From: Octopus sinensis
Lineage: Eukaryota
Length of the DNA stretch: 64,000 nucleotides
NCBI RefSeq assembly: GCF_006345805.1
Contig: NC_043001.1
Coordinates: 71,796,001-71,860,000 of the forward strand
Direction of reading: 5' to 3'
Numbering within the stretch: position 1 is the stretch's first letter; every line of letters begins with the position of its first letter. A model generated the notes under the pieces. That model was not told the origin of the DNA and made no database searches. It worked only from the letters and a program-made list of their open reading frames with translations. This document shows, piece after piece, positions 51,451 to 64,000 of the stretch. Position numbers and translations under genes: made by a program.

Positions 51451-53420
51451 ATGTTAAGACGTTAGAATGTGATTTATGTGATGTAATTGCGTGTATTAGT
51501 TTCTGTTAATGTTATGAAAATTAATATTACTTAATCTTAATTAAGCATCATTAAAATATTCTGGAACAATATGTGTGAATTATTTTATGTGGTTTTTAAA
51601 GTGATAACTATAATTCATATAAATTAATGTAATTGTAATAGATAAATTGAATATTGGGGTCTGTGGTTGTTTTTTTTATACTTAGATGTAACTCAGGATA
51701 TATATATTGATTTATTTTTGGTGAATATATAGGCGCAGGAGTGGCTGTGTGGTAAGTAGCTTGCTTACCAACCACATGGTTCCAGGTTCATTCCCACTGC
51801 GTGGCACCTTAGGCAAGTGTCTTCTACTATAGACTCGGGGCGACTAATTGTGAGTGGATTTGGTAGACCTAAACTGAAAGAAGCCCATCGTATGTATGTA
51901 TGTATGTATATGTTTGTGTGTCTGTGTTTGTCCCCCAACATCGCTTGACAATCGATGGTGGTGTGCTTACGCAAAAGAGACCGATAGAATAAGTACTAGG
52001 CTTACAAAGAATAAGTCCTGCTCGACAAAAGCGGTGCTCAAGTATGGCCACAGTCAAATGACTGAAACAAGTAAAAGAATATATAAAGATTTATTTAAAT
52101 ATCACAAATAATAATAGGAACTTGATAGTATTTATATTTATATTATTTTGAGAATAAATAAGTTATTTAATATTATTGACGGGTAATATAATAGCTTGTA
52201 AAATTCATGGTTGTCTAGTGTTAGTATTTTAATAATTATTATTTATATTATTTAATAATATTTATCTTATTAATTTTTATGTATTATAATATTTAAATAT
52301 ATTATTTATTAAAATAAAATATGAGTGTGTTTTAGTTTATGTGCTTATGTGTGTGTGTTTGTATGTGCGTGTGTGTATATGTGTGTGTGTTAGTGTAGAT
52401 TTCTCTATGTGTATGTGTTAGTAAATGTGTATATAGCGTGTTAGTGAAGATGCTTGCATGCGTGTAAGCATATATATATATATGTGTGTGGGTGTGTGTG
52501 TTGTTTGAAAAGTTGCTACACTACTAAACACATATACACAAATAAACTACACACTGTACCTTCATGCACACACACACACAAAATACATTAACACATATGT
52601 AAAGAAACTAATACACGTCACATCACATAAATCAGTCTTATGCGTGCGTTAGCGTAGATGCTTATATATGCTTGTGTTTTAGTATATATACATATGTGAG
52701 TCAGTGTAGTTGCGTGTGTATATGCGTTAGTAGTTTCTGTTAAGTGCGTATATTAGTGTATCAAGTGTGTGACATGTATATTTACGTACATATATTGGGA
52801 TGAGTTAAGTGTGTGTATGTATGTGTGTGTTAAGACGCTAATTTGTGGTATATGTGTACACACGTGCATGTATTAGTTGTGTTGAGGGAGTATATGCATG
52901 TGCTAAAGCGTCAGTCTATAATATATGTGTACGTATCAGTATGTGTTAGAGTATGATACATGTGTATGAACGTGTATGTACTAGGTTCAGTTAGGTGTAT
53001 GTATGGGTGTGTTAAGACGTTAGTACGTGATATTTGTATATGTATGTTTGTACAAGACTGTGTTATGTGCGTGCATGTGTGTGTGTTAAGACGTTAGAAT
53101 GTGATTTATGTGATGTAATTGCGTGTATTAGTTTCTGTACATATGTGTTAGTGTATTTTGTGTGTGCGTGGTGAGGGGATGCGCGTGTATGAAGTTGCAG
53201 TGCGTAGTTTATTTGAGTAAGAGTGTACAACAGTAAAGGAACTTTTCTAACATCAAACAGGGGGCTTTTAGAGGGTTTTGTGAATGTATGGTTTGATACA
53301 GTAATAATACATTCTGTTTACGTATGTTAGTATATGTGCGTTAGAGTATTGTGTATACGCATGTGTGAATGTCTACTGGAGCATAGAAATGTTTATGTGT
53401 GTGTGTGTGCATGTCTGTGT
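50590..53420. repeat. Long GT-rich cryptic satellite interrupted by a SINE and an AT-rich block
   Basis: Degenerate (TG)n/(TATG)n. A 55-bp identical block occurs at 51452-51506 and 53084-53138. Confidence 0.85.
51732..52080 (+). mobile_element. SINE family B, near full-length
   Basis: Colinear with 47631-48033, with small deletions. Confidence 0.92.
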
Positions 53421-53428
53421 GCGTGTAA

Positions 53429-53540
<112 letters not shown>

Positions 53541-53614
53541 TATACATATATAATTACGTTTACATATATGTATATACATATATATGCATATGTATGCTTG
53601 TGTATGTCAGTCAC

Positions 53615-53680
<66 letters not shown>

Positions 53681-53976
53681 ACAAAAGGGACATTAGCCAT
53701 TTGAATGTGGCTAGGACAGGGCAGGGCGGTGGGGGCGTTACTGATGCATTTAGCCCCAGGCGATCATCAACGTCACCAGATAGGCTTGACACCATCACGG
53801 TGTCCTCTATCCTGCAAAGGGAGATCATTCCCCGCTCCCTTTGCAGGATAGAGGACACCGTGATGGTTTCAAGCCTATCTGGTGACGTTGATGATCGCCT
53901 GGGGCTAAATGCATCAGTACACCCCACCGCCCTGCCCTGTCCCTAGCCACATTCAAATGGCTAATGTCCCTTTTGT
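53681..53976. mobile_element. 296-bp palindromic (fold-back) MITE-like element flanked by TA
   Basis: Arms 53681-53823 and 53835-53976 are near-perfect reverse complements around an 11-nt loop. TA at 53679-53680 and 53977-53978. Confidence 0.85.
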
Positions 53977-54021
53977 TATGGAGCAGTTACTGTCTATATC
54001 TCGTTTAGAGAATTATTATTG

Positions 54022-54073
<52 letters not shown>

Positions 54074-54132
54074 TATATATTATATATATATATATATATT
54101 ACGGAGATGTACGCGCATAGCAAGTATAAACA

Positions 54133-54522
54133 TTCTTTTACTCTTTTACTTGTTTCAGTCATTTGACTGTGGCCATGCTGGAGCACCGCCTTTAGTCGAA
54201 CAAATCGACCCCAGGACTTATTCTTTGTAAGCCTTGTACTTATTCTATCGGTCTCTTTTGCCGAACCGCTAGATTATGGAGACGTAAGCACACCAGCATC
54301 GGTTGGGGGACAAACATAGACATACAGACATATACACATACACACATATACGTATATACGACGGGCGTCTTTCAGTTTCCCTCTACCAAATCCACTCACA
54401 AGGCTTTGGTCAGCCTGAAGCTATAGTGGAAGACTCTTGCCCAAGGTGCCACGCAATGGGACTGAATCCGGAACCATGTGGTTCGTAAGCAAGCTACTTA
54501 CCACACAGCCACTCCTACGCCT
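54133..54522 (-). mobile_element. SINE family B, full-length copy
   Basis: Reverse complement of the family B consensus. Confidence 0.92.
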
Positions 54523-54535
54523 ATATATGTATAAA

Positions 54536-54579
<44 letters not shown>

Positions 54580-54671
54580 ATATATATTATATATATATAT
54601 ATATATAATTATATATATATACATATATAACACATATATATGCGTATATCTACGTATGTATGTGCGTGTGG

Positions 54672-54709
<38 letters not shown>

Positions 54710-55496
54710 TTTGAATGTATGTATGTATGTATGTATGTATGTATGTATGTATGTATGTATGTATGTATGTACAGCTTGCGAAGTGCATCGCCATTACTTT
54801 GATACGTTCTATTCACAGTACTGAAAAAAGTGTCGAACGTGAGAGAGCGGGGAAGAGAGAGAGAAAGACATATAAACATACACATACATACATACATACA
54901 TACATACATACGTACGTACATTCGTACGTACATACATACATATATACATACATACATACATACACACATACATACATACATACACACACACAGACACACA
55001 GAGACACACACACACATACATACATACATACATACATACATACATACATACATACATACATACATACATACATACGTACGTACATACATACATATATACA
55101 TACATACATACATACATACACATACATACATACATACATACATACATACATACATACATACATACATACACATACATATACATACATGAAAAGAATTCGT
55201 TATAAGAACCATGGTATATTCACAAATCAACAACTGAGATACATATTAAAGAATGGATTTATATAAGTATTTCCATTTATCTTTAGTTTTCAGCTTTTCC
55301 TGACGACACTGGTCGACGTTCGGCCGTAACTGGAATCCTGAGCAAGAGATAAGTCAAAATCCTTCTATAAATGTTTTATATTTTTCGCCTGTTAATTTGT
55401 GAATTTAGCATACTTTGTATAAAGATTTATAAATGTATACATACATACATATTTACATATATACGTATGTATGTATGTATATATATATATATAATA

Positions 55497-55536
<40 letters not shown>

Positions 55537-55694
55537 GCATGTGTTTACACGTATGTATATTTGTGTAAATGCCAGTAAGTATGTAAGCACAAACATAAAT
55601 GCACATACAAACAAGTATACATTGTATATACGTATATTTGTTGTATACATATATATATATATTTATGTATGTGTATGTATGTATACATATACAT

Positions 55695-55761
<67 letters not shown>

Positions 55762-55829
55762 AAGATATAAAGATATAATATATATGCATGTATGTATATA
55801 TGTGTGTGTGTGTGTGTATTAATTTTTAC

Positions 55830-56400
55830 ACGAAAACGTTGATACAGAGATTTCGTAGTTTCGGCTTACTAATCGTCATCAGTCTGTAGTTTATTTAGGT
55901 CTGTCTAACTCTATAGGTAGGAATTTTCCTTGATTGGTGGAGTATTGTGAATGCGAACAGGTGACGTTTAAGTACACAGGAGAAGTGGTCGTATACGAAG
56001 TGACGAATGGAGACGAATAAGAAACAAGTGCGTGTTTGTTGAGTTAAACGGATGACGGAGGCAATTATTCTCGTTTGATAGGGGAATATATTTTTATTTG
56101 GAGTGTTATATTCAGGTCACAATATGTACTGATTGAAATAATAATTATTTTATGGTATTTTGCAGTGCAGTACACAAAAAATGTTATTCAATGGGACAGA
56201 ATTGATCAGGGGACATAACGTCTGTTATAAGAGGAAATTTCTTATTAAGATATTGGTGGCTTGTATTCGTGGATTAGCTGTTTGTCCAATGCCTGTTTGT
56301 TTATGCAGAGTGTGTGTATGTGCTTGTGTAGTTAGTGTACATACTCCGTACAATTATCATTCTTGCATACTCTGTACTATTATCTTTCTTGGTTTAGGCT
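55830..56400 (-). mobile_element. Degenerate Penelope-like 3' end with a decayed hammerhead at 55844-55887
   Basis: Minus strand IGQTANP..(GIY-YIG second-motif-like), then ACAGA-CTGATGA-..-GAAAC-TACGAAA-TC-TCTGT with a perfect 5-bp stem I. Confidence 0.5.
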
Positions 56401-56647
56401 TATGTATGTATGAGTGTGCGTAGAATTAATTTTACGTACCTGGTTAATATTTTAATAAGAAATTTTCACTTAAATATATGGGAAGTCATGCCCTCTAATC
56501 AATTCTGTCCCTTTGAATGACATACGTTCAAGCTGACGACGCCTGACTGATAAGAGATCCATAAGAAACGTAGGCATTTAATCATTGTCTACAAATATGG
56601 ATTTCGAAGACTAAGGTATCCCTAATTGCGCCAGTAGGTTATATTAC

Positions 56648-56797
56648 GAAGAAGAAGAAGAAGAAGAAGAAGAAGAAGAAGAAGAAGAAGAAGAAGAAGA
56701 AGAAGAAGAAGAAGAAGAAGAAGAAGAAGAAGAAAAAGAAAAAGAAGAAGAAGAAGAAGAAGAAGAAGAAGAAGAAGAAGAAGAAGAAGAAGAAGAA
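56648..56797. repeat. (AAG)n microsatellite
   Basis: Directly visible. Confidence 0.98.
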
Positions 56798-57018
56798 TGG
56801 AAAGTGCCTGCTGTCCACAGCCAGCAGACTAATGTGACGGCTGTTTACTGGTCTGTTTCAAGAACCCTGCGAAGAACTCTTGCAGTTCCAATCAATGCAG
56901 ATTTTTGTAGGTGTTCTACCTTCATACCGGCACCAATCTTTTTCAGCCGTGTTGGTAATTGAGTGCTGATACTTCTAAGTGCACCAATTACTATTGGTAT
57001 CATGTCTACTCTCCTCAT
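56798..57018 (-). mobile_element. Extreme 3' fragment of an R4-clade LINE
   Basis: MIPIVIGALRSI..VEHLQKSALIGTARVLRRVLE, a short 3'UTR, then (TTC)n on the element strand. The truncated 5' end joins (AAT)n. Confidence 0.85.
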
Positions 57019-57032
57019 TATTATTATTATTA

Positions 57033-57081
<49 letters not shown>

Positions 57082-57679
57082 ATTATCATTATTATTTTTA
57101 TTATTAACTTTTGTATATACTCTGAAATAAACAAACTTCCGACGCGAACACTTTATGTTAAAGACAGCAAGGTAGCCATGACTTGTTTAGTCCATCTGCT
57201 AGAAATAGCAACCAACTATTCCTCAATTTCCGAATTTGTTGATCTAAAATAAAAGTACAAGAACATTGTATATTGTAGTAATTGATAGCAATACATATAC
57301 TTAGATTTACTTACGCTATGTCTGAGGAGAAGACAAGTTGGTCATGATTTAAATGTTTTTGGTCATACATGTGCTAGAACAGGATTGACCTAGGGTTAAA
57401 CAACAATAATGACAGCAATATATCAGCATACATCAAATGAAATGCAATTTATTGTTAGCTGACCTAACATTGAACTCTGTTCAATCAATAAATTTAATTT
57501 CAGTTCTTAGTATTTATAGAAACTGAAAATAATAAAAACAGATTTCATTAAATTATTTGATTTCAAACACCACACATTGGTGAGGTGGTATATTACATCA
57601 ACCCCAACAAATTACTGATTTTGTTGGCCCTGTATTAGGAAAACGAAAAGTGTTAGATTACTATGAGGCAAGGGGTAGA

Positions 57680-58325
57680 TTGATGAAAGATGGGGAGTAG
57701 ATGAAAGATGAAGACATAGAGTAATGAAAGATAAGAAGTAAGCTGATGATAGGTGAGTGGGTAGATTGAAATGTGAAAAATAGCTTGGTGAAAGGTAAAG
57801 GGGTTGACTAATGGAAAGTAAGGAGTAGATTAATAAAAGGTGAGAGTTGACTGATGAAAAGAGAGGGGTGGATTAATGGAAGGCAAAGAGTAGATTGATG
57901 CCAAGCAAAGGGTAGAATAATGAAAGATGAGGGGCAGATTGATAAAAGAATAAGGGGTACATTGATGGAAAGTAAGGCGTAGATTAATAAAAAAGCGAGG
58001 TGGTTGATCGATGAAAGATGAGAGATAACTTAATGGAAGGTAAAGGGGTGAACTGATGTAAGATGAGGAATACATTGATGAAAGGTAAAGAGGTAGATTG
58101 ACGAAAAATAAAAAGGTAAGGTGATAAGATATAAAAGGTTAAATTGATGACAGATGAGAGATCGATTGATGTAAGATAGAGGGCTAGATTAATGAAAGAT
58201 AAAAGGTGTTGATTGACAGAATGTAAGGGAAGATTGAGGAAATATGATGCGGTTAGATTGTAAATCGTTTCATTGATGAAACGTAGGGGTAGATTAATGG
58301 AAGGTATGATTAATGGAAAGCTAAG
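57680..58325. repeat. Purine-rich ~20-bp degenerate minisatellite (GGGGTAGATTGATGAAAGAT-like)
   Basis: Roughly 30 imperfect units are visible. Confidence 0.85.
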
Positions 58326-58659
58326 GGTATATTCCATTATATCAACTCTACTTTTTGACTGCTGTTTCTTTGACAGACATGGGCTAAATTAATAACAGGT
58401 ATGGAGAATATTAATGAAAATATAAGAGTATATTCCATTGTATCAACCCCACTTCTTGACCAGTACTTACTTCCTTGACTCTGGTTTGACAAAAAGCAAA
58501 ACCAATACCAGCATGATTTGAATTTGGAGCATAAAGTTCATGTGACTAAATACTGCAAGACATATTATAGAATTTCTCTACAAATTCTGTCACCCATCAT
58601 TCCAAACATTACCTGACCCAGCACATGAAGTGTCACCACTGTCATCTACTTGGTCAAAT

Positions 58660-59910
58660 TTTGGCGCAAGGCCAGTAGGTTTAGGGAAGGCATTAAGTCG
58701 ATTACATCGATCCCCCAGTGTTCAACTGGTACTTATTTAATCGACCACCGAAAGGGTTGAAAAACAAAGTCGGCCTCTGCTGAATTTGAACTCAGAACGT
58801 AAAGACAGATGAAATGTCGCTAAGCATTTTGCCTGGCGTGCTAACGATTCTGCCAGCTCACCGCCTTTACCTGGTTAAATGTTATTTAACATATAATAAA
58901 GAAGAGATTTCACAAATTTAGTCAAAGTCAAATCAAAATTCACACAAGATATGAAGTGTATATGAGCTAGCACTCAAAATAAACTCTCAAAATTTGACAT
59001 CTGCTTCAAGTAGGAAGATATTAATGAGAGGTCTGGGTTCTGCTGGGGTCATTTAGTCAACAACAGTTTTGGTGACCAACTACCACTGTTCCGGAGTTTC
59101 TAGGTTTCTTTTTATTTTGCTTTTTGTTTTCTTTTTTTTTTCTTTTTTTACTATCTGCAATACTTTAGACTTATTGCTATTAAAGATAGTGCAAACCGGA
59201 GATGAAAAAACTTGCCTCAATGAGGGTTACATGAACATTTGTATGGTGGGCCGTATACTAAAAGAACTAAAATGACTAAATAATGGGTTTTGATTTAGGT
59301 ACATGGTTAGTAATTTTAAAAGAGAAAACTGGTTGATATCATCGGCCACAGCGCTTAACTAATACTTTATTTTATTGACCCTTGAGAGATAAAAGGAAAG
59401 GTTCACCTTAATATAATTTGAACTCAGAACGTAAAGAGCCGGAACAAATACTCCGACGCATTACTCCGACGCTCTAACGATTCTACTAATCCAACGCCTA
59501 AAACATTGACTAAACAATGATTTCTGATTTACATGAAAATCAGCAATTTTAATTAAGGCAGGTTGGGGGTATTAATCGATACCATCGACTCCAATAATTG
59601 ATTGGTATTTTAATTTATCAACGCCGAAAAGGATGAAAGGCCAAATTGGTTTCGGTGGAATTTGTATTCATAGCGTAAAGAGCCAGCACAAATCCTGGTT
59701 TTAAATTTATGGCACGCCAGCAAGTTCAGTAGATGGGGTAAGTCTATTACATCAACCCCAGGGTTCAACTGGTACTTATTTTATCGATTTCGAAAGGATG
59801 AAATGCAAAGCCGACCTTGGCGACATTTGAACTCAGAACGTAAAGACGGGCGAAATGCCGCTAAGCATTTTTCCCGATGTGCTAACGATTCTGCCAGCTC
59901 ACCGCCTTGT
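58660..59910 (-). mobile_element. Cluster of minus-strand SINE family A copies (~58660-58866, ~59320-59500, ~59550-59690, ~59700-59910)
   Basis: Repeated GAATTTGAACTCAGAACGTAAAG..GCTAACGATTCTGCCAGCTCACCGCCTT. Confidence 0.85.
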
Positions 59911-60030
59911 CCAGAACAAATATTGCAAAGCATTTTGTCCGATGTTCGATGGGATTTTGTCAATCCACTACCCTAAATAATTACTAATAGAACACAATCA
60001 TTTTGTTGTTGTTTTATTATTATTATTATT

Positions 60031-60156
60031 GGTTAAGGCCAAACGACTGACAAGCAAATATGTGGTATTGAGCAGAATATTTGCTGTAGCCCATCTTTTA
60101 TACCAAGACAAAACACTTCCAGTCAGTAAAGATCAGAAGTCATGATAACCTGTGCC
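60031..60156 (-). mobile_element. Family C element, partial fourth copy
   Basis: Matches the right-hand ~140 bp of the full copies with a small internal deletion. (ATT)n lies on the left and an imperfect ATT tract on the right. Confidence 0.85.
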
Positions 60157-60169
60157 TTTATTATTAATA

Positions 60170-61258
60170 TGTTTATTATTCAGTAGTCTTATTTTTATAA
60201 CGTGCTTTCACTGCACTACCGAGCGCAGCTCTGTGTGCCTTGGGTATGTGCTGTGGTTTGCTGTGATGCTCTTATACTTACTGTTTTGAAAGTGTTTTAC
60301 GTAGGATGTGTGCAGTGCCTAGTAGTGCTATTTTCTGTGTGTTATTATATTTGTTAGTCCTGGTGTTTTTGTTATGTATTTGTCTGAATATTTTTATCAG
60401 ACCTAATGCACCCACTATGATAGGAGTTGTTTCTGTTTTTAGACTCTACATTCGAGTTACCTCTATTTCCATGTCTTTGTATTTGGATGGCTAGAATGCT
60501 GATACCTATTATCTTGTTTTTCACATTGAGCTCTGTTTTCAGTATTAATCTAACTCGTCTATAGTATTCTTTTTTTATTTTCTCTTTCATTTGTGTGTGT
60601 TGTATCATATCTTGTTCACTGATTCCTAAATATTTATTTGTCTGGCTTTGGTCTAATTCTCTTATTCCATTTGCTTTATCTAGTGTGATGTTACTACTCT
60701 TAACTAGTTTTCCTCTTTTCAAGGTTGCTTTGGCACATTTTTCTAAGCTAAATTTCATATTTATTTCTTTGGTAAATCTATGTACTGTCTGCAGTAATGT
60801 TTCCAGCTGTTTATCATTTGTAGCGTACAGTTTTAAGTCATCCATATATAAGAGGTGGTTGATTGTTTTGCCTTAACATTTGTATCCGCATCCAGTTCTG
60901 TTTAGCATGTCAGATAAAGGTGTCAGTGACAAGCAGAAAAGGAGTGGAGAGAGCGTGTTTCCCTGGAATATTCCTCTTCTAATGGGGATGGTTTTGGTTT
61001 TTATGAGTTCCTCTTTCGTTTGGAGCTGTAGCACTGTCTGCCATTTATTCACAGGGTGTCTGTTGATGGCTAGTGTTTCTAGGATCCATGTGTGTGGAAT
61101 GATATCAAAAGCCTTTCGGTAGTCGATCCAGGCCATACTTAGGCCTTTCTTCTTTCTGCAGTTGTCTTCAGTTATGGCTTTATTGATCATTAGTTGTTCT
61201 TTACAGCTGTCTGAGCCCTTACAGCATCCCTTTTGCTCTTCTGGAAACATGTTGTTTT
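60170..61258 (-). mobile_element. Internally deleted R4/Dong-clade LINE fragment between ATT tracts
   Basis: PEEQKGC, AWIDYRKAFD, RRGIFQGNTLSPLLFC, LLYMDDLKLYA, EKCAK, KYLGI, then an abrupt jump to KYKDMEIEVTRM..PIIVGALG..QKIALLGTAHILRK plus 3'UTR. Confidence 0.94.
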
Positions 61259-61264
61259 TCTTAA

Positions 61265-61289
61265 TATTATTATTATTATTATTATTATT

Positions 61290-61339
<50 letters not shown>

Positions 61340-61358
61340 ATTATTATTATTATTATTA

Positions 61359-61396
<38 letters not shown>

Positions 61397-61726
61397 TATT
61401 ATCATCATTATTATCATCATTATTATCATTATCATCATTATTATCATCATCATCATCATCATCATCATCTTCATCATCCTCATAATTATCATTATCATTA
61501 TTATTATTATCATTATTATTATAATCATTATTATTATTATTATTATTATCATTATTATTATTATTATTATTATCATTATTATTGTATTATTATTATTGTT
61601 ATTGTTATTATTGTTATTGTTATTATTATTAGTATTATTATTATTATTACCATCATCATCGTCATCATCACCACCATCATCATCGTCATCATCACCACCA
61701 TCATCATCATCATTGTTATTATCATG

Positions 61727-61795
<69 letters not shown>
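61265..61795. repeat. ~530-bp (ATT/ATC)n compound microsatellite
   Basis: Directly visible. Confidence 0.98.
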
Positions 61796-62075
61796 CAGCT
61801 GGATTATTTGGTACCCAAAGATGAAATGAAAGACGTGACTGAATTTAATGTTATGTTACTTCATAAATCTTGTTCAACAGTTCTTAACGAGGTTTATGCA
61901 GTTGTGTACAATCCTACGCATGTTTGCTGTAGTCAGGATACAATATGCATCTAGTTGTGCGCTAGATAAAAGGCCAGAAAGTTTCTGAACATGCTTTTCG
62001 ATTTTGCTTTTAAAATGGCGAATTCTAACCGTAGTCTTGTGAAGCTCATTATTCTCTCAAAAATGTCTCCTAACT

Positions 62076-62245
62076 GCCGCAGGCATGGATGTGTGGTTAA
62101 GCAGCTCGCTTTACAACCACATAGTTTTGGGTTCAGTTCCATTGCGCGCCACCTTGAGCAAGTGTCTTTTGTTGTATCCTCGGGCCGACTAATGCCTTGT
62201 GAGTGAATTTTGTTGACGGAAACTATGTGGAAGCCTGCCATAGAT

Positions 62246-62322
<77 letters not shown>

Positions 62323-62525
62323 CATGTACACGCACACATGCATATGTCATTGTTTTTCGCCCACCACTATCGCCGCTTGACACCTGTAACTTAGCGGTTC
62401 GGCAAAAGAAACCGATGAGATAAGTACCAAACTTAAAATAATATGTACTGGGGTCAATTTGTTCGACCAAACCCTTCAAGGCGGTGTCCCACCATGGCCG
62501 CAGTCCAATGACTGAAAAAAGTAAA
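62076..62525 (+). mobile_element. SINE family B, diverged full-length copy
   Basis: Head, core and tail are colinear with 47631-48033. The internal microsatellite is (CA)n here. Confidence 0.85.
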
Positions 62526-62861
62526 ATATCAAAAATTCGCGAGAACGTTTACGGACCAAATGAAGCATGTGGAAATTTTTCCATCGCCGTAAATGATGAT
62601 TGTACATCTAAAGTTGGCCTCCACGTTGTTGAACGTTTATTAGAATTTGAATCCAGTCAGAAAAATGGTTCTTAATAAAGAAGTAGCAGTTTTTAGCAAG
62701 TTGTTGTCTATAGTATTCTGTTTATATTGCCTTCCTTAGATTTTAGGATAGCTATCTGCTGTACCCTGCACCCTTACTGGGGCAGCTATGTTGCCCCTGA
62801 GAGCCTACTTTGATTATATGAAGTCAGTAGTTGAATATTGTGCGTGTATATTATATATGTA

Positions 62862-62926
<65 letters not shown>

Positions 62927-62964
62927 ATATATAATATATATATAATATATATATAGGATGGGAA

Positions 62965-63140
62965 GGACAACGAGGGAGAAAATTGATCGCACGTCGGATA
63001 AAATGCTTAGCGGCATTTCTTCTGCTTTTTATGGTTTAAGTCCAAACTTCACCGAAGCTAACTTTGGCTTTCATCCCTTCATCATTGATATAATAAAACT
63101 ACCAGTCAAGTTCTTGGATCGATGTAATCGACTTGCCCCC
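62965..63140 (+). mobile_element. SINE family A copy (degenerate)
   Basis: AAATGCTTAGCGGCATTTC..CTTTGGCTTTCATCCCTTC..GGATCGATGTAATCGACT. Confidence 0.7.
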
Positions 63141-63269
63141 CACATACACACACACACAGACACCTCAGTATTGCTTGCCTTGAACCGGTATCCTGTTCAG
63201 AGTGGAAGGTTGTGATCTCGGTCGCTTATAGGCCATGGAAACCGGGTAACAGGCTTTATGGTTCCTTGG

Positions 63270-63950
63270 GCTCAAGAAAAATAAACAAAAAATATAGAAT
63301 GGGTTCTGAATGTCTCATGTATATTAAAGATTAGCTTCACCACATCATCGAATACGTATGGTTTAGACAAGTTTACTTTAACTGTTAACCACTGTTGAAA
63401 TACGGTGAATATTGCTGTTTCGTTTACTGAGACTATAATTCCAAGCTTATAATCAAAAATGTTCGGGAAGTTCAAACAATCTCGACATTTATTCGAACTT
63501 CATATCTAATAGTACATAATCCAATGTGTTTTTCTTTTAACTTTTCGGGCGGTAGAGTATGATCTTGAGATGAAATTGGCTGGGGTTTTTTTCCAGTACA
63601 TGAAGAATCGCTTTTGAGTCGTTATAAACTTATTATTTCTGTTTGAGATTTGGTTACTATTCCTACCAAATCGTGTGACCACATGGCTGTCATTATTTCT
63701 GAATGGTTCCATATTGTTACTCTCCAATATCATTGTATGTTATTAAGATGAATAGACCTTCTCGTAAACGCCGACATTGACGAAATTACTGATTGGTGAT
63801 ATCGTCTGCGTTCTCATACATATATTATCAGAGCAGATGACCTCTTCTGGAGTGTAGTTAAAAAAATTTACTTCTCTTATATATGTCCACTTGTCAAGAT
63901 AATTTGGTATATAACTATAAATCTAATTAAAAACTGAATATGAGCTATGG
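63270..63950 (-). mobile_element. Possible heavily decayed L1/Tx1-like ORF2 3' region
   Basis: Stop-riddled pseudo-coding stretch with an R*CGE..F..C segment resembling a CCHC knuckle. Weak. Confidence 0.2.
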
Positions 63951-64000
63951 GCTCCTGAATAAGGGCATTTACTACCCTTGATTTAGAAATCAAGGTTTTA

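Overview
AT-rich, microsatellite-saturated animal DNA. The SINE families and repeat landscape look like Octopus or another coleoid cephalopod (recognition by eye, no database search). No host gene can be identified with confidence. Most ORF-track entries are translations of (TA)n, (TG)n, (ATT)n or (AAG)n tracts. The window is mostly a transposon graveyard: six minus-strand fragments of R4/Dong-clade (RLE-type) LINEs, a full-length dead D,D34D mariner, a fold-back mariner fragment, many Penelope-like (GIY-YIG) remnants, a Helitron/Helentron Rep fragment plus a non-autonomous Helentron-like element, and two tRNA-derived SINE families. The most notable observations are: (1) a ~555-bp non-coding element in four copies, always embedded in (ATT)n tracts and usually next to R4/Dong LINE fragments, a candidate TAA-repeat-specific non-autonomous retroelement; (2) an apparently intact type I hammerhead ribozyme at 6244-6333 plus further minimal or degenerate ones; (3) a 296-bp near-perfect palindromic element at 53681-53976; (4) several outward-facing inverted Penelope structures predicted to form long dsRNA; (5) strong strand bias of microsatellites and LINEs, with a speculative chain of plus-strand exons suggesting the window is intronic.
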